NCBI GenBank assembly: GCA_964480705.1
Contig: CAYZPC010000004.1
Span: 387-64,386, forward strand
Direction of reading: 5' to 3'
Source of the DNA: an uncultured archaeon
GTDB lineage: Archaea; Iainarchaeota; Iainarchaeia; Iainarchaeales; VGJJ01
Length of the DNA stretch: 64,000 nt
Shown here: one piece after another, positions 46,539-56,671 of the stretch
Numbering within the stretch: position 1 is the stretch's first letter
How the letters are laid out: the number at the start of each line of letters is the position of its first letter
Translations under genes and position numbers: made by a program
Notes under the pieces: model-generated
The model's database searches: none
Told to the model about the DNA's origin: nothing
The model's input: only the letters and a program-made list of their open reading frames with translations

Positions 46539-48390
46539 AGTAATTGGAATCGATTTAGGAACATCAAACTCGGCCGCGGCCGTATTAGAAGGAGGAAAAC
46601 CCCGCATCATTCCGAGTGCGGAAGGAAACACTCTCTATGGAAAAGCATTCCCCTCCGTGGTTGCATTCACGAAAGATGGACAAGTTCTTGTAGGTGAACC
46701 CGCGCGCCGACAAGCCGTATCCAATCCGGATGGAACCGTCATGGCCGCGAAACGAAAAATGGGAACCAATCATGCGTATAAAATAAACGGAAAAGATTAC
46801 ACTCCGCAGCAAATCTCTGCATTCATTTTACAAAAAATCAAAAAAGACGCGGAATCATTCCTAGGTGAAAAAGTCGACAAAGCTGTTATCACCGTTCCTG
46901 CGTATTTTGATGACAACCAGCGACAAGCCACGAAGGATGCAGGACAAATTGCCGGTCTTGAAGTCATTCGAATTGTAAACGAACCCACCGCGGCCTCACT
47001 CGCGTATGGTTTGGACAAAAAAAATTCCGAACAAAAAATTCTCGTGTTTGATTTAGGAGGCGGAACACTCGATGTCACCGTAATGGAATTCGGTGATGGC
47101 GTGTTTGAAGTTCGCTCCACGAGCGGAGATACGCAACTCGGCGGAACCGACATGGATGCAGCGGTGATCAATTGGATTGTTTCTGAATTTTCACGCACTG
47201 AACGCGCGGATTTGAGCAAAGACAAAGTAGCCATGCAGCGCGTCCGCGAAGCAGCGGAGAAAGCCAAAATTGAACTCTCCACCACGCTCGAAACGGAAAT
47301 TAATCTTCCATACATTACTGCGGATGCCAGCGGGCCCAAACACTTAGTCATGAAATTTAACCGCGCCAAGCTCGAAGAACTGGTGCAGCCCATTGTAAAG
47401 CGCTGCGAAAAGCCAGTAAATCAAGCCCTCGCGGATGCTAAACTTCTCCCCGCAGACATTTCGCGCGTCATTTTAGTTGGCGGACCCACGCGCATGCCTA
47501 TTGTGCAGCAATTCGTGGAACGCATTTTGGGAACCAAAACCGAACATGGAGTGGACCCCATGGAATGTGTGGCAATGGGTGCTGCCGTGCAAGCGGGCGT
47601 GTTGAGCGGAGAAATCAAGGACGTTCTATTGCTGGATGTCACTCCCCTCTCGCTTGGAATTGAAACCCTTGGGGGAGTCATGACCAAACTCGTTGAACGA
47701 AACACGACGATTCCTCACAAGAAGAGCCAAATCTTCTCAACGGCTGCGGACAATCAACCCGGGGTTGAAATCAAAGTGTATCAAGGAGAACGCGCCATGG
47801 CAGCGGACAACAAGTTGTTAGGAACATTTGTCCTGCAAGGAATCCCCCCCGCTCCGCGCGGCGTGCCGCAAATTGAAGTCTCATTTGATTTAGATGCAAA
47901 TGGAATCATGCACGTCTCTGCAAAGGACATGGGAACAGGAAAGGAACAGCGAATTCAAATTATTGCTGCCCAAAAATTAGATGAAAATGAAATCAAGCGC
48001 ATGCAAAAATCCGCCGAAGAATTTGCAGAAGCCGACAAAAAACGCAAAGAAGAAGTCGAAATAGTCAACCAAGCCGATGCCACCGTTTATCAAACGGAAA
48101 AAATGCTGGACGAAATGAAAGACAAGATTTCCGCACCAAACAAGAGCATGGTGGAGGCAGGGTTAAAAGAATTGAAAGACATGTTAGGACAAGAGCCTAA
48201 ACCCGTCGCACAATTGAAAACAAAATTAGAACAATTCAACAAAGACTTAATGAAAATAGGACAGGACATTTATGGAAAGCAAGGAAATAGTGCTCAATCA
48301 ACGGGAGGACAACATGAAGCAAATGAAACAAACGAAAGCGGAAATTCCGATGCCGTGGACGCTGACTTCAAAGTCAACGAAGGCAAGTAA
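46531..48390 (+). CDS. dnaK: chaperone DnaK (Hsp70), bacterial type
   Basis: [30 protein letters not shown]; SD GGAGG 7 nt upstream. Confidence 0.95.
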   Translation: MSKVIGIDLGTSNSAAAVLEGGKPRIIPSAEGNTLYGKAFPSVVAFTKDGQVLVGEPARRQAVSNPDGTVMAAKRKMGTNHAYKINGKDYTPQQISAFILQKIKKDAESFLGEKVDKAVITVPAYFDDNQRQATKDAGQIAGLEVIRIVNEPTAASLAYGLDKKNSEQKILVFDLGGGTLDVTVMEFGDGVFEVRSTSGDTQLGGTDMDAAVINWIVSEFSRTERADLSKDKVAMQRVREAAEKAKIELSTTLETEINLPYITADASGPKHLVMKFNRAKLEELVQPIVKRCEKPVNQALADAKLLPADISRVILVGGPTRMPIVQQFVERILGTKTEHGVDPMECVAMGAAVQAGVLSGEIKDVLLLDVTPLSLGIETLGGVMTKLVERNTTIPHKKSQIFSTAADNQPGVEIKVYQGERAMAADNKLLGTFVLQGIPPAPRGVPQIEVSFDLDANGIMHVSAKDMGTGKEQRIQIIAAQKLDENEIKRMQKSAEEFAEADKKRKEEVEIVNQADATVYQTEKMLDEMKDKISAPNKSMVEAGLKELKDMLGQEPKPVAQLKTKLEQFNKDLMKIGQDIYGKQGNSAQSTGGQHEANETNESGNSDAVDADFKVNEGK

Positions 48391-48515
48391 AATTCAAAAG
48401 AATAAAACGCTCGATGACCAGCGAAAGTTCATGGCCGCATGAACACGCGTTGAGCGGATTTTTATTCTGCATTGCATTTCATTCCATTTATTCACACTCA
48501 AACACGTGAGCACGC

Positions 48516-49682
48516 ATGGCTTCCAAAGACTATTACGCAACACTCGGACTCTCCAAGAACGCCAGCGATGCCGACATCAAATCGGCGTACAAAAAACTCG
48601 CGAAACAATGGCATCCGGATGTGAACAAGAGCCCAGAAGCCACCGAAAAATTCAAAGAAATTAGCGAAGCATATTCCATTCTCTCGGATTCACAAAAAAG
48701 ACAAACATACGACCAGTTTGGCAGCGACGCATTCTCTGGAGGAGGATTTGGAGGCGGCTCAGGCGGATTTCCAGGCGGAGGCGCCGGGTTTGATTTCTCT
48801 GACTTATTCCGCGAAGGATTTGGGGGCGCAGGAGGATATTCCTCCATGGATGACCTCTTGCGAAGCGCATTCGGAGAAGGATTTTCCGCGCAGCGTGAGC
48901 AAGCACAACCATTGCACGTGCGCACGGACGTAGAATTAACATTTGAAGAAGCCGCATTCGGCACCACTAAAACGATTGAGTTTGAACGACTATCCCCCTG
49001 CGACACATGCTCGGGAAGCGGGTCCGCGAGCGGAAAAAAACAGACGTGCACCACGTGTAAAGGGCGCGGCATGCACACGCAAACGCGCCGAACGCCTTTT
49101 GGAATTTTTCAAACCACGGGAACATGCTCCACGTGCGGGGGAACCGGACACTCGATTTCAGATCCATGCAAAACATGCAAAGGAAAAGGACACGTGAAAA
49201 AATGGCAAAAACTAGATGTCAAAATTCCCGCAGGAGTGGACACGGGAAATCATCTTCGACTTGCGAAACAAGGACACGTTCAACATGGAAAACATGGCGA
49301 CGTGTATGTAGTGCTGCACGTGCGACCGCACCCGGTATTTAGACGCGATGGCAGTGATGTGTATGTGGAACAGCCCATCTCGTACGCTGACGCGGTGTTA
49401 GGCGGAGAAGTGGACGTTCCATTGCTCGGAGGAAAAACTGCCACACTCACCATTCCCGCGGGAACTAAACCCGGAAAAGTGTTTCGAATGAAAGACAAAG
49501 GAATCAAATTCCTAAACGAGGATGCATTTGGAGATGAATTCGTGCGCGTAGAAATTGACGTTCCCGAAAAATTGAGCGCGGAAGAAAAAGCATTGCTGGA
49601 TGAGTTTCGAGCGCTTCACCAGCACGGAACCCCCAAATCAGCAGGAAAAAAGTCCAAAAAGAAAGGATTCTTTGGAATCTGA
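48516..49682 (+). CDS. dnaJ: co-chaperone DnaJ
   Basis: J-domain HPD (QWHPDVN), G/F region, four CxxCxGxG repeats. Confidence 0.9.
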   Translation: MASKDYYATLGLSKNASDADIKSAYKKLAKQWHPDVNKSPEATEKFKEISEAYSILSDSQKRQTYDQFGSDAFSGGGFGGGSGGFPGGGAGFDFSDLFREGFGGAGGYSSMDDLLRSAFGEGFSAQREQAQPLHVRTDVELTFEEAAFGTTKTIEFERLSPCDTCSGSGSASGKKQTCTTCKGRGMHTQTRRTPFGIFQTTGTCSTCGGTGHSISDPCKTCKGKGHVKKWQKLDVKIPAGVDTGNHLRLAKQGHVQHGKHGDVYVVLHVRPHPVFRRDGSDVYVEQPISYADAVLGGEVDVPLLGGKTATLTIPAGTKPGKVFRMKDKGIKFLNEDAFGDEFVRVEIDVPEKLSAEEKALLDEFRALHQHGTPKSAGKKSKKKGFFGI

Positions 49683-49753
49683 CCCGTTTTTTTCCTTTTT
49701 TGACAGGCTTGGCTTCATGCCTTTAAACCCTTTTCTGCGGCCAAATACATAGT

Positions 49754-52141
49754 ATGGCTGCCATTACCGAGAAACACTGGGACAAAGCCTGGGAAGCCCC
49801 CCTCTTAGAGAAATGGAAAGCTTCCGACGCGTACAAATTTGACATGAATGGGAAAAAACCCGTATTCTCGATTGACACGCCTCCACCCTACATTAATGCA
49901 CCCATTCACATGGGACATGCAGTCACGTATTCTATCATGGACTTTTTTGCGCGATACAAACGCAAAACAGGATACCGCGTGCTTTTCCCTTTGGGAATGG
50001 ACCGAAACGGTTTGCCCATTGAAAATGCAGCGGAAAAAAAATACAAAGTTCGCTTGCACGAAGTCGAGCGAAACAAATTCCTGGAAATGTGCCAAACGCT
50101 TTTGAATGAAAGCAGCACGGCATCAATTCATTCATTCTACCGCGCGGGAATCAGTTTTTGCTCATGGAACGTGGGAGCGGGAATTGGAGAAATGTACGAA
50201 ACGGATTCGAAACAATACCGCACGCTCACGCAAGAGACGTTCATTGATTTGTGGAACAAAGGATTAGTATACGAGGATTCGCGCCTGAATAATTATTGCC
50301 CCGGCTGCCGCACGACACTTTCCGATAGCGAAATTGAACGCACCGAAAAAGAAACATTCCTCAATCAGGTTATTTTCACGGAAACAAGCACGAATGAGAA
50401 ACTCATTATTGCCACGACGCGACCGGAGTTATTGTGCACGGCCGCGATGATTATTTTCAACCCCGCCGACAAGCGTTACACGCACTTAGAAGGAAAAAAA
50501 GCACGAACACCATTCTTTGAGAGTGAAGTGCCCATTGTCTCCCACCCCATGGCCGACCCGGCTTTTGGAACGGGATTAGTGTTCATGTCCCGCTCTGCCG
50601 GAGACACGGACGCGATACGCTTTCTCATCGAAATGGGAATTGAAGCCCAATCCTGTATCGACCAAACCGGACGAATGACAGAAGTCGCGGGAGAATTGAA
50701 AGGACTCAAAACAAAAGAAGCGCGCGAAAAAATCATCCAAGAAATGGAAGCACGCGGTTTGCTCGTCAAAAAAGAAAAAATAATGCACTCGGTCCCCATT
50801 TGCGAACGTAGTAAAGACGTGATTGAATTCATCACGATGCCCGAGTTGTACGTTAAACAAATGCACGTGAAAAAAGAAATGATCGACATTGCAAACGACT
50901 TAGACTTCTACGATGCATCCTCGCGGCAGATTTTAGTCGACTGGATTAACAACATCAAAATTGACTGGCCTATTTCACGAAGACGCTACTATGGAACGGA
51001 AATCCCCTTATGGTATTGCGCCGCATGCCGACACCCTCACGTGCCTGAAAAAGGAACGTATGTTCAGCCCTGGAAAGAAAAAGCCCCGTTTGAAAAATGC
51101 CAAAAGTGCAAACACACTGAATTCGTGGGAGAAACCCGCGTATTTGATACGTGGTTTGATTCCTCCAACTCGGGAGCGTACATCTTAGGAAAAGGACGGA
51201 ATGATGAATTCTTCAAAACGCATTTGCCCGTCACGCTGCGCCCGCAAGGAAAAGAAATCATCCGGACGTGGTTGTATTATTCGCTCTTGAAGCACTATTT
51301 GCTGCACGGAAAATCATTGTTTGATGTGGCATGGATTAACTATCATATTTTGGATGAAAAAGGAAACAAGATGAGCAAATCATTAGGAAATGTCATTGAC
51401 CCTGCGGAAATCATTGACCGATTTGGCGCGGAACCCTTCCGATTATGGATTGCCACTGAAGGAAACATTTCACGCACCGATTTAGCGTGCAGCTTACAAC
51501 GCATCGAAGGAGCGGGAAAAACACTCACCAAGTTTTGGAACGTCGCGCGATTCATCTCGGGATTTGAACGACCGATTCAAACGCCTAAATTACAACCATT
51601 AGATGAATGGATCATTCACGAATTAAACAACGTCATTGAAACCTCGCGCAAGGGATTTGAAAACTATGATTATTTTACTCCCGCATCTACCATGAAAGCA
51701 TTCTTATGGGACGCGTTCGCCTCCCACTATTTGGAATTAGTCAAAAACCGCGCGTACAATGAAGGGGGGTTATTCTCCAAAGAAGAATCCAACTCCGCCA
51801 AGTGGACATTGCATTACTGCCTCGACACCCTATTGCAATTATTTTCACCCATTTTACCTATGTTCACCGCATACATGAGTGAGGCGCTGTATTCCAAGAA
51901 TGTTCACGCGGGAGACTATCCTGCTATCATGAAGGTAAATTCCCCCGCATTTGAAAGCGAAAAATTATTCGACATGGACTCGCAAATCTGGAAAGCCAAG
52001 AAAGACAGCGGGGGTTCACTCAAGACACCGCTCCAAAAAATGGTGCTGACAACTGAATTCAAATCCATCGAGAAAGACCTCGCCCTCGCCCATTCGGCAC
52101 AAAACGTTTCATTTGGAAACGCGTTTGAACTAGAACTTTAA
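49754..52141 (+). CDS. valS: class I aminoacyl-tRNA synthetase, most likely valyl-tRNA synthetase
   Basis: HIGH (PIHMGHA) and KMSKS motifs, editing-domain-sized insert, FDTWFDSS; 795 aa; ValRS versus Ile/LeuRS not formally resolved. Confidence 0.55.
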   Translation: MAAITEKHWDKAWEAPLLEKWKASDAYKFDMNGKKPVFSIDTPPPYINAPIHMGHAVTYSIMDFFARYKRKTGYRVLFPLGMDRNGLPIENAAEKKYKVRLHEVERNKFLEMCQTLLNESSTASIHSFYRAGISFCSWNVGAGIGEMYETDSKQYRTLTQETFIDLWNKGLVYEDSRLNNYCPGCRTTLSDSEIERTEKETFLNQVIFTETSTNEKLIIATTRPELLCTAAMIIFNPADKRYTHLEGKKARTPFFESEVPIVSHPMADPAFGTGLVFMSRSAGDTDAIRFLIEMGIEAQSCIDQTGRMTEVAGELKGLKTKEAREKIIQEMEARGLLVKKEKIMHSVPICERSKDVIEFITMPELYVKQMHVKKEMIDIANDLDFYDASSRQILVDWINNIKIDWPISRRRYYGTEIPLWYCAACRHPHVPEKGTYVQPWKEKAPFEKCQKCKHTEFVGETRVFDTWFDSSNSGAYILGKGRNDEFFKTHLPVTLRPQGKEIIRTWLYYSLLKHYLLHGKSLFDVAWINYHILDEKGNKMSKSLGNVIDPAEIIDRFGAEPFRLWIATEGNISRTDLACSLQRIEGAGKTLTKFWNVARFISGFERPIQTPKLQPLDEWIIHELNNVIETSRKGFENYDYFTPASTMKAFLWDAFASHYLELVKNRAYNEGGLFSKEESNSAKWTLHYCLDTLLQLFSPILPMFTAYMSEALYSKNVHAGDYPAIMKVNSPAFESEKLFDMDSQIWKAKKDSGGSLKTPLQKMVLTTEFKSIEKDLALAHSAQNVSFGNAFELEL

Positions 52142-52165
52142 ATAGGACAACCGGTTCATGCGCAC

Positions 52166-52726
52166 ATGCGCGCGCCCATTCTACTCGCCAGCGTTTTGCT
52201 CATCCTTTTTGCTAGTGGATGTATCTTTGGGGGAGACGCCACCAATACTGCCCAACAACTCGCCGGGGTGCGCGACTCCTACATTTCAAATGGACTCCTC
52301 GCGCCCACATCCCCATCGGCACGCGAGCAATACCGCGATGAAATCCTCCCTTTTCGTGCAACCATTAACAGTGTGCCCGGAAGCGAAGGAGACGCGCTGA
52401 AAGCCTACTTGAATGGAAGCCTATCTCTTCTCGCCATGGTGCAAGCAACGGATGACGCTCTCGCGCTCATTCAAAAAATCAATTTTGACGCGCCTGATTG
52501 CGGAACCAATTCTTCATTGTCTAAATCCATCAAACTCCTCGCGGAGGCGCAAACGCACGCCGAATCAACCTATGATTATTTTTCCCGCGTGCAGGAAAAC
52601 TCCTCCATGGCAAACGAGTTGGGCGCCGACTACGTGCTAAACGCCGCCGAAACTGCTCAAGGAGTCGCACAAACCCACGCGGAACGAATAAACGAACTTA
52701 AAACCGTGTGCGGATTAACCGTATAA
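52166..52726 (+). CDS. secreted/lipobox protein, hypothetical
   Basis: MRAPILLASVLLILFASGC signal peptide + Cys; helical. Confidence 0.45.
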   Translation: MRAPILLASVLLILFASGCIFGGDATNTAQQLAGVRDSYISNGLLAPTSPSAREQYRDEILPFRATINSVPGSEGDALKAYLNGSLSLLAMVQATDDALALIQKINFDAPDCGTNSSLSKSIKLLAEAQTHAESTYDYFSRVQENSSMANELGADYVLNAAETAQGVAQTHAERINELKTVCGLTV

Positions 52727-53418
52727 TGCCCCCCCAAAAAAAGAAAGCAAAAATGATTTCTGAAATTATTTCCATTGGAGCGGAAGCCACTCTTGAAAAA
52801 AAGAAACTATTTGGAAAAAATACTATTGTAAAAACACGCGTCGTGAAAGGATACCGAAACCCTTTGCTAGACGCTCCCCTGCGGCGTGAACGAACATCTC
52901 ACGAAGCAAAAATGCTCCACACTGTCAAAAAAATAGGCGTGTCCACCCCAATGGTGTATTTAGTGGACGCGCCCAAGAGCACCATCTACATGGAATACGT
53001 GGACGCGCCCCGACTGAAACATGTTTTGTTAGATGCAAAAATAAAAAATGTTGAAAAAATGCGCTTGTGCGAAGAATATGGCAAAATCATTGCCACGATG
53101 CACGCACACCATTTGATTCATGGAGATTTAACCACGTCAAACGTTCTCGTGCGCAAAATGAAAACGAATTCAAAACTAAAATCAAATGAAAAATCGAAAA
53201 ATGAACTCGTGATGATTGACTTCGGACTCGCCGCGTACTCGCATAAAGCTGAAGATGCCGCGGTTGATTTAGTTAATTTGAAAAAAACATTCTCCGCTAC
53301 GCATTCCACGATTGAAAAAGGATGGGAAGAAATCCAACGAGGGTATTTGGAAAACGGCGGCGCGAAGAGTGTGCTCAAAAAAATGGACGAAGTGGAAAGT
53401 AGAATTCGTTACGCGTGA
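52708..53418 (+). CDS. bud32: Kae1-associated kinase Bud32 (unfused)
   Basis: Short RIO-like kinase with HGDLTTSNVLV catalytic loop and DFGLA; the true start may be the internal MISEIIS (52753). Confidence 0.75.
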   Translation: MRINRIMPPQKKKAKMISEIISIGAEATLEKKKLFGKNTIVKTRVVKGYRNPLLDAPLRRERTSHEAKMLHTVKKIGVSTPMVYLVDAPKSTIYMEYVDAPRLKHVLLDAKIKNVEKMRLCEEYGKIIATMHAHHLIHGDLTTSNVLVRKMKTNSKLKSNEKSKNELVMIDFGLAAYSHKAEDAAVDLVNLKKTFSATHSTIEKGWEEIQRGYLENGGAKSVLKKMDEVESRIRYA

Positions 53419-53433
53419 AATTTTCAGCAAAAA

Positions 53434-53970
53434 TTATTTAGGCAATTGTTTTTGACGCGTTTTATCAATGTAAAAATTAATGACGTCATGATAGGCCGCA
53501 ATTGATTTGGTGTACGTGTTGTAAAACACTTTATGACGAAAACCTAATTTTTCTTTCAAAAAAGAAATAACTCCAGGGATGGACGATTTGCTGCCGCTGT
53601 GCCACACTTGCTCCATGCGCACGCGCACTACTTTTCTTTCCGCGGGAGAAAAAACCATTGCTGCTGCGAGTGCGCGAGACAACGCGAGCTGCTGAATTTT
53701 ATTCATGATTTTTATTTCAATCACATGAATGTTCTGCTCTGCTTTCCGGCGAACGGTTTCGCTCAACGGGTCGCGCGTTCGGCGAAGAATCTGCTCATCG
53801 TTAACCATCTCCTCAATCAGGGGCAAAAACTCTTTGCGAATCGTCTCATGTTTGGCTCCCAACAAGGCTCGCTTCCGGATGCGCTGAATCTGCGTAATCT
53901 TCTGAAAAAAAGACTTTTTACGCAAACGAACCGGTTGAGCGGGTTTGGGGGTGAATTTTGGAGGTCGCAC
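53434..53970 (-). CDS. basic hypothetical protein
   Basis: 178 aa, K/R-rich; no motif recognised. Confidence 0.35.
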   Translation of the reverse strand: MRPPKFTPKPAQPVRLRKKSFFQKITQIQRIRKRALLGAKHETIRKEFLPLIEEMVNDEQILRRTRDPLSETVRRKAEQNIHVIEIKIMNKIQQLALSRALAAAMVFSPAERKVVRVRMEQVWHSGSKSSIPGVISFLKEKLGFRHKVFYNTYTKSIAAYHDVINFYIDKTRQKQLPK

Positions 53971-54145
53971 GTGAAACCTAGTAAAACGACCTTTATAGGG
54001 CTTTTACCCGTTCAGCACGGTAAAACCTATATAAACCCTCCCCAGGGGAAAGTCTGTATCTTGGTTCTAACCAAGCTTGGGGCATTCCTCAAAAGATGCC
54101 CTTGGTGGCCACGCTCAATGAGGGTGGTTTTTGGAGATGATAACT

Positions 54146-54559
54146 ATGGCTGCAAAGCAGGAAAAGCAGGGCCAGTACGTGGACTACTCCCTGAAAGAAA
54201 TCGAAGAATTGATTGTCCAATTATCCAATCAGGGTATGAACCCCGCGCAGATTGGACTCGCATTGCGAGACCAGTACGGCATTCCCAATGTGAAAGCCGC
54301 GACGCAAAAACGCGTGAATGAAATTCTCACCGAGAAAAAACTCGCGACAGACATTCCCATTGACATGCTCAACTTGATTGAACGAAGTGTGGCACTGCAA
54401 AAACACATGACTGCGAATAAGAAAGACTACTCTGCGCAGCGCGGATACCGCATCACGGTGTCAAAAATCAGACGATTAGCACATTATTACGTTAAAGCGG
54501 GCAAACTCCCAGCCGGATGGAAATTCACGGCGGAAACAGCCGCATTGCTGGTGAAATAG
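54146..54559 (+). CDS. rps15: ribosomal protein S15 (uS15 / S13e type)
   Basis: S13e N-terminal domain (QGMNPAQIGLALRDQYGIPNVK) + S15 fold. Confidence 0.85.
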   Translation: MAAKQEKQGQYVDYSLKEIEELIVQLSNQGMNPAQIGLALRDQYGIPNVKAATQKRVNEILTEKKLATDIPIDMLNLIERSVALQKHMTANKKDYSAQRGYRITVSKIRRLAHYYVKAGKLPAGWKFTAETAALLVK

Positions 54560-54571
54560 GGGGGATGACAC

Positions 54572-55207
54572 ATGCAAATGATTGACGAACCAACCAATAA
54601 GAAAGAAAACAAAAAAGAAAGTGCAGCACCCCGCGCCCGCAAGCGAAAGGGTGTGGATAAATGGAAAACCAAGAAATGGTTCACCGTTTTAGCACCGGCG
54701 AATTTCAACAACGCCGTTATCGCACACACGCCCGGCGAAGAGCCCGAAGGACTCATGGGACGCACCGTCATGGTGTCAGCTCGCGAACTCACGGGAAACA
54801 TTAAGAAAAACCAACTCATGCTGGGATTCAAAGTCAACAATGTGCAAGGTTTGAACGCGTACACGCGATTCGAACACATTGAAGTACAACCCTCTGCATT
54901 GCGACGATTGGTGCGCAGACGCTCATCCAAAGTGGAGAGCGTGGACGATGTGTTATGCAAAGACGGTGTGCGCGCACGAATTAAGAGCGTAGCATTAACC
55001 GCCAACAAAATCTCTCGACCCCAGCAAGCAGCGGTGCGACGCATCCTGCACGCAGAGGCTGCCGAATTTGCTGCCGGAAATGATTTCGAAGCCGTGCTCA
55101 ATCAATGCGCGACAAGCGAACCTATCGCTAAAGCCATTGAGAAAGCCCGAAAAATTGCCCCGATGAAGCGCGTGGACGTGTTAAAAGTCACGCGCCTCGC
55201 GGAGTAA
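54572..55207 (+). CDS. rps3ae: ribosomal protein S3Ae (eS1)
   Basis: …KWKTKKWFTVLAPANFNNAVIAHTPG…, 211 aa. Confidence 0.85.
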   Translation: MQMIDEPTNKKENKKESAAPRARKRKGVDKWKTKKWFTVLAPANFNNAVIAHTPGEEPEGLMGRTVMVSARELTGNIKKNQLMLGFKVNNVQGLNAYTRFEHIEVQPSALRRLVRRRSSKVESVDDVLCKDGVRARIKSVALTANKISRPQQAAVRRILHAEAAEFAAGNDFEAVLNQCATSEPIAKAIEKARKIAPMKRVDVLKVTRLAE

Positions 55208-55232
55208 TCCCTGAGGAAGTGAACCATTCCCC

Positions 55233-55907
55233 ATGTTTTTGGAAGAATGGGTCATTGTTTTCGCAGTGCTGGCGTTTGTATTAGTACTTATTCTCCGCAA
55301 ACGCCTACTCAAACCAACGGCCATTGCCACCGGACTCGTTACTGCGTTGTTTGTAGCGTGGCGCGGCGGCTTGGGAGCATTTTTTGCTATTATTCTATTT
55401 TTCCTGATCGGAGAATTTGTCACACGAATGATAAGAGACAAACACGCGAGTAAAAAACACGGCACGCGCTCCACGAGCAACATTGTGGGAAACATTGGGC
55501 CGGCGATTATTGCATTAGCCATCAACCCATCTCCCTTCAACATCATGTTTTTTGCCTCACTCTCCGCCGCATTCGCCGACACGCTATCAAGTGAAATTGG
55601 CGTGCTCTCGCGCGAACAGCCCCTCCTGATAACAACTCTCAAACCCGTCACCCCGGGAACCGATGGTGGCGTTTCCACTCTCGGATTTGCCGCCGCCGCG
55701 CTGGGAGGGCTCATCTATGCGCTGATTGCATTCGGCGTGAGCGGAAATGTATTTTTGTCCGCCATGGTATTCGCCGCGGGCGTTTTTGGATCCGTGTTAG
55801 ATAGTTTTTTGGGCGCTACCCTGCAATCGCGCGGATACTTGGATAATAATTTGGTTAATTTTGTTTCCTCGTTGAGCGTGGGAATTATTTTCGCGCTTGT
55901 GTTCTAA
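55233..55907 (+). CDS. DUF92/TMEM19-family membrane protein
   Basis: Polytopic; …SEIGVLSREQP… motif region. Confidence 0.5.
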   Translation: MFLEEWVIVFAVLAFVLVLILRKRLLKPTAIATGLVTALFVAWRGGLGAFFAIILFFLIGEFVTRMIRDKHASKKHGTRSTSNIVGNIGPAIIALAINPSPFNIMFFASLSAAFADTLSSEIGVLSREQPLLITTLKPVTPGTDGGVSTLGFAAAALGGLIYALIAFGVSGNVFLSAMVFAAGVFGSVLDSFLGATLQSRGYLDNNLVNFVSSLSVGIIFALVF

Positions 55908-55929
55908 TTCAGCAAGATCTTTTTGTGTG

Positions 55930-56625
55930 CTATGCCTGCAAAAGACTGTTTAGCGTATACTCCACAATGGTTCTCTCGGCAGGAGGAGCATTTTTCAAAA
56001 TATTTTCTTTGAGAGCTTGAATGTCCACTTTTTTTTCGTGCAAAGCATGCTGTAATTTTTTTCGGCTGAAAAAATTAATCTCCTCAATCTCCACAAAAAT
56101 GGGTTTGCCATTTTGATTAATCACGTTTACTGGATGGTTGCTCACCCAAATACCCGACTCTCGCTTAATCTGCTCGACAATATCTTGCTGCTTGATTGCG
56201 AATGACGCGTGCGGAAGCCCGCCCGCGAAAATGGGGTCGGTGTAAAAAGTGTGGTGGAAAAGCTTGTAATCGTGCGAACGATTTCGGATAATTTCAGAAG
56301 TCATTCCCAATTCTTGCTTGCCGTCAATCGTGGCAACCGCCAGACTCAGGGGTTTAATCCCATATTGAGGATACAATGCGTAAAAAATTTTGTGAAAAAC
56401 ATATTTCCAAATGGTATTCGTTCGGTCAATGCCCGTGCGAAAAAATACCCTCTTGTTCTTGCCCGTTCGAATCAGGTACACGCGCGCTTCCTGTGAGGGA
56501 CTTTTTCTGAAAACGCGACGAATATTGGAACGCTCCGAATACGGGCGCGGGCCCCTCATTATAGGAGGTTTTGCTTTCGGCTTTTTACTTGCCGTGCGGC
56601 GCACGATGCGAGGAGGGTCAGGCAT
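55930..56625 (-). CDS. hypothetical protein with a basic N-terminus
   Basis: 231-aa ORF; no motif recognised. Confidence 0.35.
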   Translation of the reverse strand: MPDPPRIVRRTASKKPKAKPPIMRGPRPYSERSNIRRVFRKSPSQEARVYLIRTGKNKRVFFRTGIDRTNTIWKYVFHKIFYALYPQYGIKPLSLAVATIDGKQELGMTSEIIRNRSHDYKLFHHTFYTDPIFAGGLPHASFAIKQQDIVEQIKRESGIWVSNHPVNVINQNGKPIFVEIEEINFFSRKKLQHALHEKKVDIQALKENILKNAPPAERTIVEYTLNSLLQA

Positions 56626-56671
56626 GTTTCCAAAAGGAAAAATGCTTTCTTAATAATTGCGTTTTCGCACA

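Noticed and set aside
55181-55714. 177-aa minus-strand ORF overlapping the DUF92 gene
   Set aside because: Antisense to a plausible multi-TM protein; composition atypical
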